64,000 nt of DNA from Octopus sinensis. Its lineage: Eukaryota. The stretch lies in NCBI RefSeq assembly GCF_006345805.1, contig NC_043007.1, positions 62,372,001-62,436,000 of the forward strand. The letters run 5' to 3'. Made by a program: the position numbers and the translations under genes. The notes under the pieces were generated by a model that saw only the letters and a program-made list of their open reading frames with translations, made no database searches and was not told the DNA's origin. This document shows, one piece after another, positions 25,046-37,404 of this stretch. Numbering within the stretch: position 1 is the stretch's first letter; every line of letters begins with the position of its first letter.

Positions 25046-26703
25046 ATCCAAAGTAAAAATGTATTGAGATAAAAATTGGGCTAAGAGGAATAGGATGACT
25101 GTAGAAGACCTGCCCATTATGGCAAAACTGAGACTCAAAAAACAAATTCTATATGTATGAGTGTGTGTGTGTGTATCATCATCATCATCATCATCATCAT
25201 TATCATTATCATTTAACATCCCTTTTCCATGCTGGCATGGGTTGGATGGTTTGACACGAGCTGATCAGCAGGAGAGCTGCACCAGATTCTATTTGTTTTA
25301 GCATTGTTTCTAGAGCTGGATGCCCTTTTTTATGCCAACAACTTTACAGAGTGTACTGGGTGCTTTTTACATAGCACCAGCACCAGTACTTTATACATGT
25401 CTTTTACACTTCCCAGAATCACTTCACTAGTCATTCATCTTTAATTTTTAATACTGCCCTTCTCCACTCATATTTTACACTGATCACCCTTCTGTGCTAC
25501 CAAATTGTCTCTCCTTTTCAACCACCATAGATTTCCCACTCTCCTCCAACACTGTTCTGTCTCTCTTTTCTCTCTCATCCTTCCCTTGTCTATTATCTTA
25601 TTACTATTCTGCTACTTCTCACCCTTTTCTATGCTGTCTGTCATCACCTACTGTTCCTTATCTTATATGTATCAGCCCTCCACACCTGCTTACTATGCAC
25701 TGCCTCCTCCCCCTCAATCCCACCCAATTGCTTCTCTCCTTTCCCCCGTCTGTTTATCAGCAATCTCTTCTCAACCCTTGTTCTTTATTATATTTCTCCT
25801 CTCATCCATTCCCCATTTCTAACCAGCTTTCTTTTTCCTCATATACTCTTGCAACCTCTATCAATCCTCACTCCCTATTCTTCTGTTACCATTCACATCT
25901 ATTCACTGTCTTCAGGGTCCACCCTGACACTTCACTTTTATTTTATTTTTCCAACTCCACCCCACTCACTCTTCTACAGTATGAGCTACTATCCAGTTCC
26001 TCTGCAGCCAGCAACCTGTTCACTTCTAACTCCTTTTATATTTTAGCCTTCCATCTCTTAGCATACAACCACCTCTCTCTATTGTAGCCTCACTCAGTTG
26101 AAGGAGAGCTTAGTGTTGCAAGCTGCCTGGCAACGTCATTAGTGCAGGTGTCACAAAAAAAGAACCCAGTTCACACTGTAATGTGGTTGGTGTTCGGAAA
26201 GGCATCCTACTGTATAAGCCATGGCAAAACAGACAATGGAATATGACACAGTCCTCAGACATATCAGATCTTATCAAGCCATCAAAACATGCTAGCATAT
26301 CCAAAGCATTTTCATGTTTGTTCTAAACATTTATGCGTGTTTTCAGGCTTGTTAGCCTTCATATGTTCAGAGTAATATAAAGCTTTTTGTTTTCATAAGC
26401 CCCAAGTTATTCTGGTGGTTGAAAAGAATTGGGAATGCATATCATATATGATGCATGGGCACCAAAGAAATATGTCTTGTTTATCACTTGGGATACACAG
26501 GACGAGCAAAGGTTTAAAAGTTGGTGAGAATGATAATGATGTGGTAAGAAGCTTGCTTCCCAACCATATGGTTCCAGATTCAGTCCCACTATGTAGCACC
26601 TTGGACAAGTGTCATCTACTATAGCCTCAGGCCAACCAAAGCCTTGTGAGTGGATTTGGTAGACAGAAACTGAAAGAAGTCCATTGTATATATATGTATA
26701 TAT

Positions 26704-26746
<43 letters not shown>

Positions 26747-27894
26747 GTGTCTTTGTGTTTGTATTTGGCCCCCCCCCCCCCACTCCTATCACTTGACAAC
26801 TGATGTTGGTGTGTTTACATCTCTGTAACTTAGCAGTTCAGCAGAAGAAACTAATAGAATAAGTATCAGGCTTACAAAGAATAAGTCCAGGGATTGATTT
26901 TTTTCAACTAAAAGGCAGTGCTCCAGTGTGGCCCCAGTCAAATGACTGAAACAAGTTAATGAATAAAAGAATATATAAAACATTTGTTATAAACTCCACA
27001 GGCACATAGGAATTACTGAATTAAATCCAGTGGCATTTATATCCTTACTGTTGATGATATCAGATAGCCAAATACAGTGAATGGGCTCTAAATAGCAATC
27101 TACAATGAGTATATCCAAATTTTATAATTATCACTTATATATATATATATATATGCATATATATATACATATATATAAAGGCACAAGTTTTCTCATAGTT
27201 TCTTTTTAACTATTTTCATTAACAAAGCACTGGTCAGCTTGAGACTGTAGTATAAAACACTTACCTGAGGTACCACACAATGGAATTGAACTTGAAACCA
27301 TTTGTTTGAGAAATGAACTTCTTACCTACACAACCTTGCCTGAATTTATATAGCTTCTGAGTGTCTGGTTTTTATTATTTTTTTTTCCTCTACTGCATCA
27401 TTAGTGTTTTGGGAATGAAATATACTGAAACTGGTTTATGTAGAAGGGACTTATATGCCATTTCATATTTGTATAACTTTGTTTGGTTTCTTTGGTTGAA
27501 GTGTTTTCATAAGGGTAAGGAATATGTCTCATGTTGAAGTTGTTAATATTGTTTGTTGTCCTAAACAAAGACTCGATATTTGATTTGTAGCAGCTTAAAT
27601 CTCTCTCCAGTGCTTTTATAATGAGACCAACATTTTAAACCATGAATCTTACATCATAATACTAACAATAAAAATAGGATATCCCCAGCTAAAACCCTGA
27701 ATGATAACGTCCAGCTTTGTGGAGGTTTAACTGTGCAGACAACGCTAACTCCATGCGTGTGCGTGTGTGCAAATGTGTGTGTGTGTTTACATATATATTA
27801 CAAATACATACATACATACACACACATATATATGTATCCACACACACACACTCATGATCAACAAATTGAGGGTGAAACAGAATCATGAGGAAAA

Positions 27895-29150
27895 AGAAAA
27901 TAATAACGGTTTCAAATTTTGGCACAAAGACAACAATTTCTGGGGAGGGGTAAGTTGACTGCATTGACCTCAGTATTCAGCTGGTACTTATTTTATTGAC
28001 CCCTGAAAGGATGAAAAGCAATATTGACCTCAGCAGAATTTGAACTCACAGCGTGAAGATGGACAAAATATTACTTAAGCATTTCACCTCGTATGCTAAT
28101 GATTCTGCTAGCTCACTGTCATCATCATCATCATCATGTTAATAATAATAATGATAATAATAATAATAATAATAAGAAGAAGAAGAAGAGCAGCAGCAAC
28201 ATCAACAACAACAACAATAATAATAATAATTTTCTATGATGCAGGACCAGGCAGTAGTTCTCATGGCTTCTGATCTTAACTGGTTGAAAGTGTTATCATG
28301 TACATGTTTTGCCTCAGTGTAAAAGATGGGCTGCACCAAATATTCTGCTCAATACTACAGATTTGCTTATCAGTTGCTTGACCTTCACCACTTGAACATG
28401 TCCCTTGGTGGCTGATGATATGTGCATCTCTAATCACGAGCAGAAATAGTGGGGGAGCATCATAACCATGTGTTGAAAGGCATTTAAAGAATGTGTTGAG
28501 GAATTCAACCTCCACTTTGGGGCTTTGAATAATTCATGGGTGTTTGAATAATAACATGGGTGTTTCATTCATCATCCTTAAACAAACCTTATTCAGGGAC
28601 CTTTTAAGTGGAATGGGCTACACAACCCGAAGAAAACTGGGCACCACCTGCAAGGTCATGTATTGTTTATCTCAATATGAGATTGCCATGCCTCACACAT
28701 ATGGTCATACTGTGTGTGCCTGGTGTACTCTTATCAGATAGGTAGTCATAATGTATATTTGTGTCACTTTGATGGCATGCATTTCTATAATAATAATCGT
28801 TTCTACTATAGGCACATGGCCTGAAATTTTGGGGGAGGGGACTAGTCGATTTAATCGACCCCTGTGTTTCATTGGTACTTAAATTATTGACCCTGAAAGG
28901 ATGAAAGGCAAAGTTGACCCCAGTGGAGTTTGAACTCAAACTGTAGTTGCAGACAAAATACCACTAAGCATTTCATGTGATGTGCTAACGATTTTGTCAG
29001 CTTGTCGCCTTAATAATGATGATGATGATAATGATGATGAGAAGAAGAGTATTTTCTAACAAAGACTTAGGACTAGATATTCAGAGAAAGGGATTAGTTG
29101 ATTAAATCAACCCTACTAATTGGAAAGAATGATAATAATAAAAGTTTCTA
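27895..29150 (-). mobile_element. Minus-strand SINE family A array with passenger element at 28237-28786
   Basis: Family A units at about 27895-28115, 28795-29015 and 29050-29150, separated by (AAT)n/(GAT)n tracts. Confidence 0.8.
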
Positions 29151-31779
29151 ATCTAGGCAGAATTTAGACATATAATGCCTAATAGTAATATATTCTTCTT
29201 ACCCATGCTACCATGGAGAAACATACATAAAACAAATGAAATAAAAGAGCTGGAACAAATACTGCAAGATATTTTGTTTGATGTACTAATAATAACTATG
29301 TTTAATGTTTGGGAAAATCTTTGAACTCAGGTTTTAAAGCTGAATGAAGCACAGCCTAAATTGTCTCTATTTCTTTTAGTGAATTATCTAAAATTGTTTA
29401 AATTTAATATGTTGTTGTTGATATTAATATATTTTCATTCTATTCTATAAATAGTTGAATAACACTGAGAGTACCAAAGTTTATCTATCACAACAGAACA
29501 TAAACAAGAAAACAAATCTGCCCTCCCCCTGGTTGGTATGAGCTTATACAGAACAATAGTATTTTATTTATTCACCCTATGTGACATAATATTTCTTTTA
29601 TTCTTGATATGGCACGATTTAAGTGACCTACTCTCAGATTCTTTTACAGTATTTGCTTGTTCTCATAACTCAAAGAACAATTACAAATGTAAATATCTTA
29701 TATTTTTCTCAGGCTCTGAATAGCTGATGTTTGACTCTGATTTCATGGTGTTAATTGATGATAGGCTAGTGTCCTATTCCAGACAAATTTTGTTTATCTT
29801 AGATGATCTTGTACATATTCCCCACTGCTAGGCATGTATTGATAGCTATGTCCAAATTCCTAATAAAATTCCTGCAAGGAATTTGAACCTAAGATCTTTG
29901 AGCTGGTAATCAATGCTATTTCCACTCTACTATTCCTCTGGTCTCACCTTGCAATCAAGGAAATACATGATGTATATGTGATCATGCATCTTAACATTAC
30001 CAGATGATCTTGTATGTATTCTGAATACCTAGGCATATAGATTTAAATTACCAATAAAATAACTGCAGGAAATTTGAACTCAAAACCTTTGATCTGGTAA
30101 TTAATAATATTTCCACTCTGCCATTTCACTTCGACTGGGGCTGGTACCTAACTCTTCTCCACTCATGTTTGGAAGTATGGGACAGTTTTAGTGTGGTTGT
30201 AAAGTAGTTAATAAATAATTGACAATAAGTAACATTTGTATGCTGCTAGTTCAATTCACAAAATCACATTAAATTGAAAATAATTTTTCAAATTGTTTAT
30301 TTAACCAGGAACATAATATATACATATTTACAGCAGTTGAACAAATAACAGCATTTGAAAATTAATGAATAAAAGAACATTTGGTTACCATAATATGCTG
30401 ATAAATAATCCAACTATTAATAATTTGCAAGGATAGGTGAAGTTAAGAGATTAGGACAATTTTTTTGTGAAATTTACCAATATAACTCTGTATTCTGCTT
30501 TTAGCTGTTATTGGTTTCAAATTTTAGCACAAAGCCAGAAATTTAGTGGGTGGGGTAAGTCGATTACATCAACCCCCACCCTCCTAGTGTTCAACTGGTA
30601 CTTATTTTATCAAACCCAGAGGGATGAAAGGTAAAGTTGACCTGACTTTTAGCTGTTATTAATATTTGAAGTTAGAAGGCAGCAAGCTGGCAGAGTTGTT
30701 AGCATACCAGGCAAAATGCTTAGCAGCATTTCATCCGTCATGTTTTGAGCTCAAATTCTGCCGAGATTGACTTTGTCTTTTGTCCTTTCAAGGTTGATAA
30801 AATAAATACCAGCTGAACACTAGGGTCAATGTAATCGACTTACCCTATCCTCCAAAATTGCTGACCTTGTGCCAAAATTTAAAACCCGTATTTGAAGGTA
30901 GAGAAAATCTACATAACCTCTTATAGAATCTGATAGCAATGTTTTTATATTTGCCTACTTTTTTTATGTACCATCAACAAAGTTCCTAAATATTCTAAAA
31001 GCCATATTTGGCAGGGAGATCTGTTTGGCTGAGTCACAATTACTTGAGCCTTTTGTGGCAAATATGGTCTAAAGCTGAGAAATATGTGTGTATATAATGC
31101 TAACAAAACTGCCACCAAATATACACTGTTCACTGCTAATCATAACAGTCACTCCTATTTTCCTAGATAGGTTATTATAATTCAGTATGAATGCCAGAGA
31201 CACAGTGCATTGCCAATGATAAAAAATAAACTGTTGATCGTTATTTCAACCAGTAGACTTACATCCTAACAACTCTACCAGTTATAAATGGACCATAATA
31301 CATATGATGTGCCATGAAGATGTTATAATTGTATGACTGGAAAATATCCAGGGATGCCAGCTACATGAAAAATAGTATAGTGGCTGCTAGCATAATTATT
31401 GTAATGAATTTTGAAATTTCATTTAAATAAAATTACACTCTTAATTAAAATTACACTTTAAATTGATTATCTCAAAAGTAGAAATTAATTAAAAATTGAA
31501 TCTAAAATTTAATGCAATACAGTGACAATTTCAACCATGTTTCAGTATTATTAGGCCTCATCAGTGAAACAATACTTTGTTAGGTGAAATTAAAGAACTT
31601 GTTTGCTGATAGGATTCTGGAAATTTTATAAAGATCAGGAAGATAAGTTTTAAAAACTGGTTTCTTAAAAACTAAAATATCAGTTTTGTCAAAACAAATG
31701 GGGTTGTGTTTATGTTATCAACATAAGATAAGGATAGGTCTGCTCAAGATGTCAGCCTCTAAGTTGATTAACCATGAGT

Positions 31780-32270
31780 TATGGGGTTGTACCACTCTTT
31801 GAGTATGGAACTCAACTACATTACCTAATGAAAGAAAAATCCTGATTTATAGAAGTAGGGTGGTGAATGTAAGGATAACAATATGGCTACAGTGAGTGGT
31901 ATGTTGATTTGTATTTATGCTACGCAGGAAGAGTACCATTTATTATCACTGATAGAATTGAATATTTCAGAGAAATGTGTTGTGACAATCAGGACTTGCT
32001 GGTGTGGACGTAGTAATATCTACTGCTCAGGGTCAAAGTAGATTGGGAACAATAGTGGTAAAGAGATGGCTCCACACTCCTCGAAATCTCTTAAACCAGG
32101 GTCTCACTACCAGATTCAGTTTGAAGTCATACTCAGCAGCAGGCTAAATTGCATATAACCCACATGTCAGGGCATGTTGAAATCATGGAATGTGGTATAT
32201 TGGGTGTTAACTATTTTAGTAGATGATGTTATTGAGTCAGTGGTGAATAGCATTAGATGTTGAGTGAATG
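31780..32270 (-). pseudogene. Possible very old L2/CR1-type RT C-terminal fragment
   Basis: Minus-strand STLTLSSRYYYVHTSKS*LSQHI...SINQDFSFIR loosely matches the ASLSLFYRYY...SFFPR pattern. It contains many stops. Confidence 0.3.
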
Positions 32271-33709
32271 AATAGACAACAAACTGTCAATGGCCAGGAA
32301 CAATCAATTCAGTTAGCAAACTACTGCTATTATCTGTACTTATGGCATGTGCAGATGAGATATTTCAGCTAGCAAAAGACCAGTGTGACTAAAACTTAGG
32401 CCAGACATTCATGCCTCATTGCTCAATCAGGACATTTGACTTGGAAGAGTTATACTGGTCCAGGCAAGTCACCCAACCAGATTGATTGTAGTCATATTGG
32501 TTTCAAATTTTGGCCAGCAGTTTCAGGGAAGTGTGTAAGTCAATTACATCAACCCCAGTGCTCAAATCGACCCCGAAAGGACAAAAGGCAAAGTGAACAT
32601 CAGTAGAATTTGAACTCATAATGTAAAGGTGATGAAATGTGACTAAGCATTGTCTGGCATAATAACAATTCTGCTAGCTTGCTGCCTTGATGATTGTAGT
32701 AATATTGTGGTAGCAAGAGTTTCAGGGTAACAGTGAGTTGTATCAATATTCTTGGAAATGTGCTCTGCTTAAAGCCTTAAATTTCTTGTCTTACTTTGCC
32801 ATACAGCGCATATATAATGTTATGAACATGTGATCATCTGTCTTGAATCATGACACTTTATCTGTGTGGCACTAATGTTATTTGCACTACTCACCTCACC
32901 ACTTCATTCAAATTAAATTCTTCCTTGTCTAGTACTGATGTGATAACTACTAACCACAACCAACCCTTCTTCACCCAGACAAGCCATTGTCTCCAACCTT
33001 GCAGATAATTTCCGTGTTATCAGTCTGTGTTATTCACAAGTAATATTAATTGACCTTAACAAACAATACAGTTTTTATATCATCAATACAGTCGGTTGTA
33101 GATCTACATTTAAATCTCTAAAGAGGTTTCAGAGCTGACAGAAATGCTCGGAAAACCAATTAGGTTGTAATGTAGAAAGTCAGTTATGAAGTTTTGAGAC
33201 AGACAGACAGACAGAAGACTGAATAGTGAGAATTGAATAACCTGTAAAGTGGATGTAGACCACATGAAGCAACCAATAGTTAAAGACTTTACAAAGCAAA
33301 ACCCATCTCAGGAATTAACTGCAATCAAGAATAAATTGAAGGGTGTTATTAAGCTCATTGTCTATTTTGTGCTAATATGAAAAGAAAAATGTAAAATAGA
33401 TAAATATGCTCAACTAAAATAAAATATATAAAGTTTCTTTTTACCTTTTTAGAGATTTTTTTTTCTGTTGAGAGCAAAATTTCGATAATAACTTTACTTA
33501 TCCAATTTATTATAAAATAGGAAAATAGATGTTTTTATTGGTTCCATTACCAGTGCTACAGAGGTTATATAAATTTATAAAAATAAAATAAAATACGAAT
33601 CATTATTATCTATTTTTGAATGCTGGTGTTAGTAAGACATGTCTGCAAAATTCTCTGCCACTTATCTCTCTCTCCCTCTCACTTTTATGAACTCAAACTT
33701 TCTATTGTC

Positions 33710-33778
<69 letters not shown>

Positions 33779-33887
33779 TGTATACTTATTTATTTATTTA
33801 TTTATTTAAATATATATACATAATATATATAATAAACATATATAATATATATGTATATACACATCATGGCTGTGTAATAAGAAGCTT

Positions 33888-34076
33888 ACTTAAACCAGAA
33901 AGGAGAAAGCTAATTCGAAGACTACGGATCCAATCCATCACTGGAACTGCAAAAATCTGTAAAACTTTCCAGAAGTTTATCATTTAAATATATATGAACA
34001 TGTCTAGATATGCAACTATATGCATGAGAGTACATACATAAAGCAAAACATACAAATCTGCACATATACATACATG

Positions 34077-34152
<76 letters not shown>

Positions 34153-34605
34153 TTATGGCTGCCCCCTCATTATCGAGTATGGCCATTGCACGAAGCTTAA
34201 CTGTTACTGGTGCTGTGATCGAATGTGACTTTTTAGCCCAACTAAAGATCTACAATGTCTTGTACAGAATTGGCAACTAAAACCTTTACTGGTAATAGCC
34301 GGCTGTAGTTGTAACTGGGCTTCATGTACCTTTGCATGTCGTTTAAGTCCTCCTGCCGAATTACACTCTCTTCCACATGCCCGACAGATATGATTAGTAT
34401 GGTGTGTTACACCACCACCAGTGGCCAGGTTATCACTCATCTGTCTCGCTTTATGACTACGAAGATAACATACATACATACATACATACAAACAAACAAA
34501 ATACCCTGTTGTTGATGTTGAAATTCCAATGAAGGAGCCTTAGATCTAGGTTAGAAACCAGCTCTTTCTCTACTGGCAAGAAAACCTGAAATAAAACTGA
34601 ACAAT
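33888..34605 (+). mobile_element. R4/Dong-like (REL) LINE 3' end and UTR, interrupted by an RTE fragment
   Basis: Reads LKPERRKLIRRLRIQSITGTAKICKTFQKFII*. The same sequence occurs at about 42920-43330 (ALGYITHCLNTNLEKLGFSKPERRKL) and a diverged relative at about 43405-43810 (IIGPLGYVP...LQIQSVSGTVKLCKTF). It resembles the ALG..LQ..G-T tail of R4-clade ORFs. Confidence 0.6.
34152..34470 (-). mobile_element. RTE-type LINE 3' tip encoding two C2H2 zinc fingers
   Basis: Reads CRACGRECNSAGGLKRHAKVH and CQFCTRHCRSLVGLKSHIRSQH*, followed by atggccatactcgataatgagg, which is like RTE 3' UTRs. Confidence 0.6.
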
Positions 34606-35639
34606 TTCTCAAAAAGAAATGAAATATTGGATAATGTAGTCCTGTGCTTGATTAAAAGATATGGTCAAACCTGGAAGACCCTTGATTGTAAATCTACTCA
34701 GTCACAGCTTACAGCTAAACATCAACAACAGCAACAACTTCATTTACCCCTTTAGCATTCAAATCAACTATATCTGGCTCAAATAGTTTACCTGTTTTAT
34801 GCTCAAACCATAAAGATGTGGCCTCTAACATCTACCCTACAATGTTATACTAAAAATAAAGAATCACATCTTTGAAATCTCAAAGCTACAAGGTAATGCA
34901 TGATTAATCCCAAACAGTTTGTATCAATAAGCATTACATTTGACAGAGTTATCTGAATGCTAACGGGTCACACAATATATTTGAACAAAGTCTGTGAGTT
35001 CAGTTGTAGCCTAGTGATTTTCCACATTTTTATGTGTGAAATATGCCACTATCATAGTATAAGCTAATCCAGAACATGGTGTTGATAGAAATATGTGGAA
35101 GGACGCAACATCAGTAGCCAGAAAATTCTATAGCATTTCTCAAATATGTTGGCACCTAGTCATTACTGCTTTGCTGTTGCTTGCCTTGAGCATTTGTTCC
35201 ATTCATAAACATCTTATTCACTGATCTTTTTTTTATTTTAAACTCCTGTTAAGCATTCACTAAAACATCCACCATCTTAATGTCACTGTGTGTGTGCTGT
35301 GTCTATGCATGTGAGTGTCTTGTGTGTTTATGTGCATGTGTGTCTTTAAATGGTGTGCAAATGGGTTTAAAAGTGTGTGTGGGTGTGTATGCAAGTATGT
35401 GTGTGTGTATGCAAGTGTGTGTGAGTATGCAAGTGTGTGTAAGTGTAATTGTTCTTTCTTTCAGGTTCCTATCTCAAAGGCCATTTGTTAATTCTTCGGT
35501 TTCCTTTATTCCTCATTTCAATTGGATGTGCTCTTGCTTTCTCCCCTCCTTTTACCATCTAGTAGTATCTATCACAGCACAATGCAATAAAACAACAACA
35601 CTTTTATATTGTCACTATTCCCACTATCATTATAATTAC

Positions 35640-35846
35640 TATTTGGCAGAATCATCAGCATGCAGGGTAAAATGCTTAGTGGCATTTCGTCTTTCTTTAT
35701 GCTCTTGAGTTCAAATTCCGCTGAGGTCGACTTTGCCTTTTATCCTTTTGGGGTCAATGAAATAAGTACCAGTTGAACATTATGGTCAATGTAATTGACT
35801 AATCTCCTCTCCCCAAATTTGAAACCTTGTGCTTATAGTAGAAAAG

Positions 35847-35884
<38 letters not shown>

Positions 35885-36712
35885 GGTGGCGAGCTGGCAG
35901 AATCATTAGCATGCTGAGCAAAATACTTAGTGGCATTTCGTCTATCTTTACATTCTGAGTTCAAATTCTGACACGGTTGACTTTGCCTTTCATCCTTTTG
36001 GGGTCGATAAAATAAGTACCAGTTCAGTACTAGGATTGATGAAATGGACTTACCCCCTCCCCTGTACTTGCTGGTCTTGAGCTAAAATTTGAAATCATCA
36101 CCATCATCATCATCATCATCATCATCATTATTATTATTATTATTATTATTGAGTGAGAGAGCAGTGTATGCCATCAAAGTGATACTGGGGTAAAATATAC
36201 GAAGCCCAATATACCCATCATGACTACCCGTCTGATAAGGGTACACCAGGCACATGCATCACAACCATATGTGCGCAACATGGTGATCTCATATCAAGAT
36301 AAACAGCACATGACCTTGCAGGTGGGGCCCAGTTAGAAATTTCTTCAGGTTGAGTAGCCCATCCCGCTCAAAAGGTCCCTGAATAAGGGTTGTTTAAGGA
36401 TGTTGAAAGAACCACCCATGTTTCCAGAGGTGAATTATTCAAACCCCAAAGAATCCCTCTCAACACATGGCTATGATGCTCCCCCACTACTTCTGCTCGT
36501 GATCAGAGATGCACATATCGTCAGCCACTAAGGGACATGCTCAACTGGTTAAGGTCAAACAACTGACAAGCAAATCTGTGGTATTGAGCAGAATATTTGC
36601 TGTAGCCCATCTTTTATACCAAGACAAAACAATGTACATGATAATACTTCCAATCAGTTAAGATCAGAAGCCATGAGAGCCACTGCCTGGTACTGCATTA
36701 TTATTATTATTA

Positions 36713-36758
<46 letters not shown>

Positions 36759-37404
36759 CATTATTATTATTAATATTAATTATTGAGTGAAAGAAGGTGC
36801 AAAGCTGGCAGAATCATTAGTGCGATGGATGAAATGCTTAGCGGTATTTTGCCCATCACTATGTTCTGAGTTCAAATTCCACTGAGGTTGATTTTACCTT
36901 TCATCCTTTCAGGGTTGATGAAATAAGTGGCAGTTGAACACTGGGGTTGATATAATTGACTCATACCCAACCCAAAAACGCTGCTCTTGTGGCAAAATTT
37001 GAAACTATTATTATTGAGTGAGTGTGCAGTGCATGCCATATGTAAAGCCCAGTATACCCATCATAACTACTGATCTAATGAGGGTACACCAGGCACATGC
37101 ATCACAACTATATGTGTATGACATGGCAATATGACCTTGCAGGTGGAACCCAATTAGAATTTTTTCAGGTTGAGTAGCCCATCCCACTCAAAAGGTCCCT
37201 GAATAAGGTTTGCTTAAGGATGATGAACACCCATGTTTCCAAAGGTAAATTAGTCGAACCCTAAAGAACTCCTCTCAACAAATGGCTATGATGCTCCTCC
37301 ACTACTTCAGCTCATGATCAGAGATGCACATATCGTCAGCCACTAAGGGACATGCTCAACTGGTTAAGGTCAAGCAATTAACAACTAAATCTGTGGTATT
37401 GAGC
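35640..37404 (+). mobile_element. SINE family A array (3 units) with two passenger insertions
   Basis: Units at about 35644-35880, 35883-36150 and 36795-37014. The passenger is at 36151-36698 and 37016-37404. Confidence 0.85.
36151..36698 (-). mobile_element. About 550-bp non-coding interspersed element with (AAT)n 3' tail, inserted in (TAA)n tracts
   Basis: Four copies: 10029-10153, 28237-28786, 36151-36698 and 37016-37404. The three minus-strand copies end ...ctcactcaataata; the 28237 copy has a shortened end running into aataataat. Confidence 0.8.

Noticed and set aside
25494-26087. 197-aa ORF
   Set aside because: It is a product of the pyrimidine-rich tract, which is depleted in stop codons.
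34520-34570. ccaatgaaggagcc...gttagaaacc in the R4-like UTR as a hammerhead
   Set aside because: The core reads CCAATGA in both copies (also about 43250) and the stems are poor.
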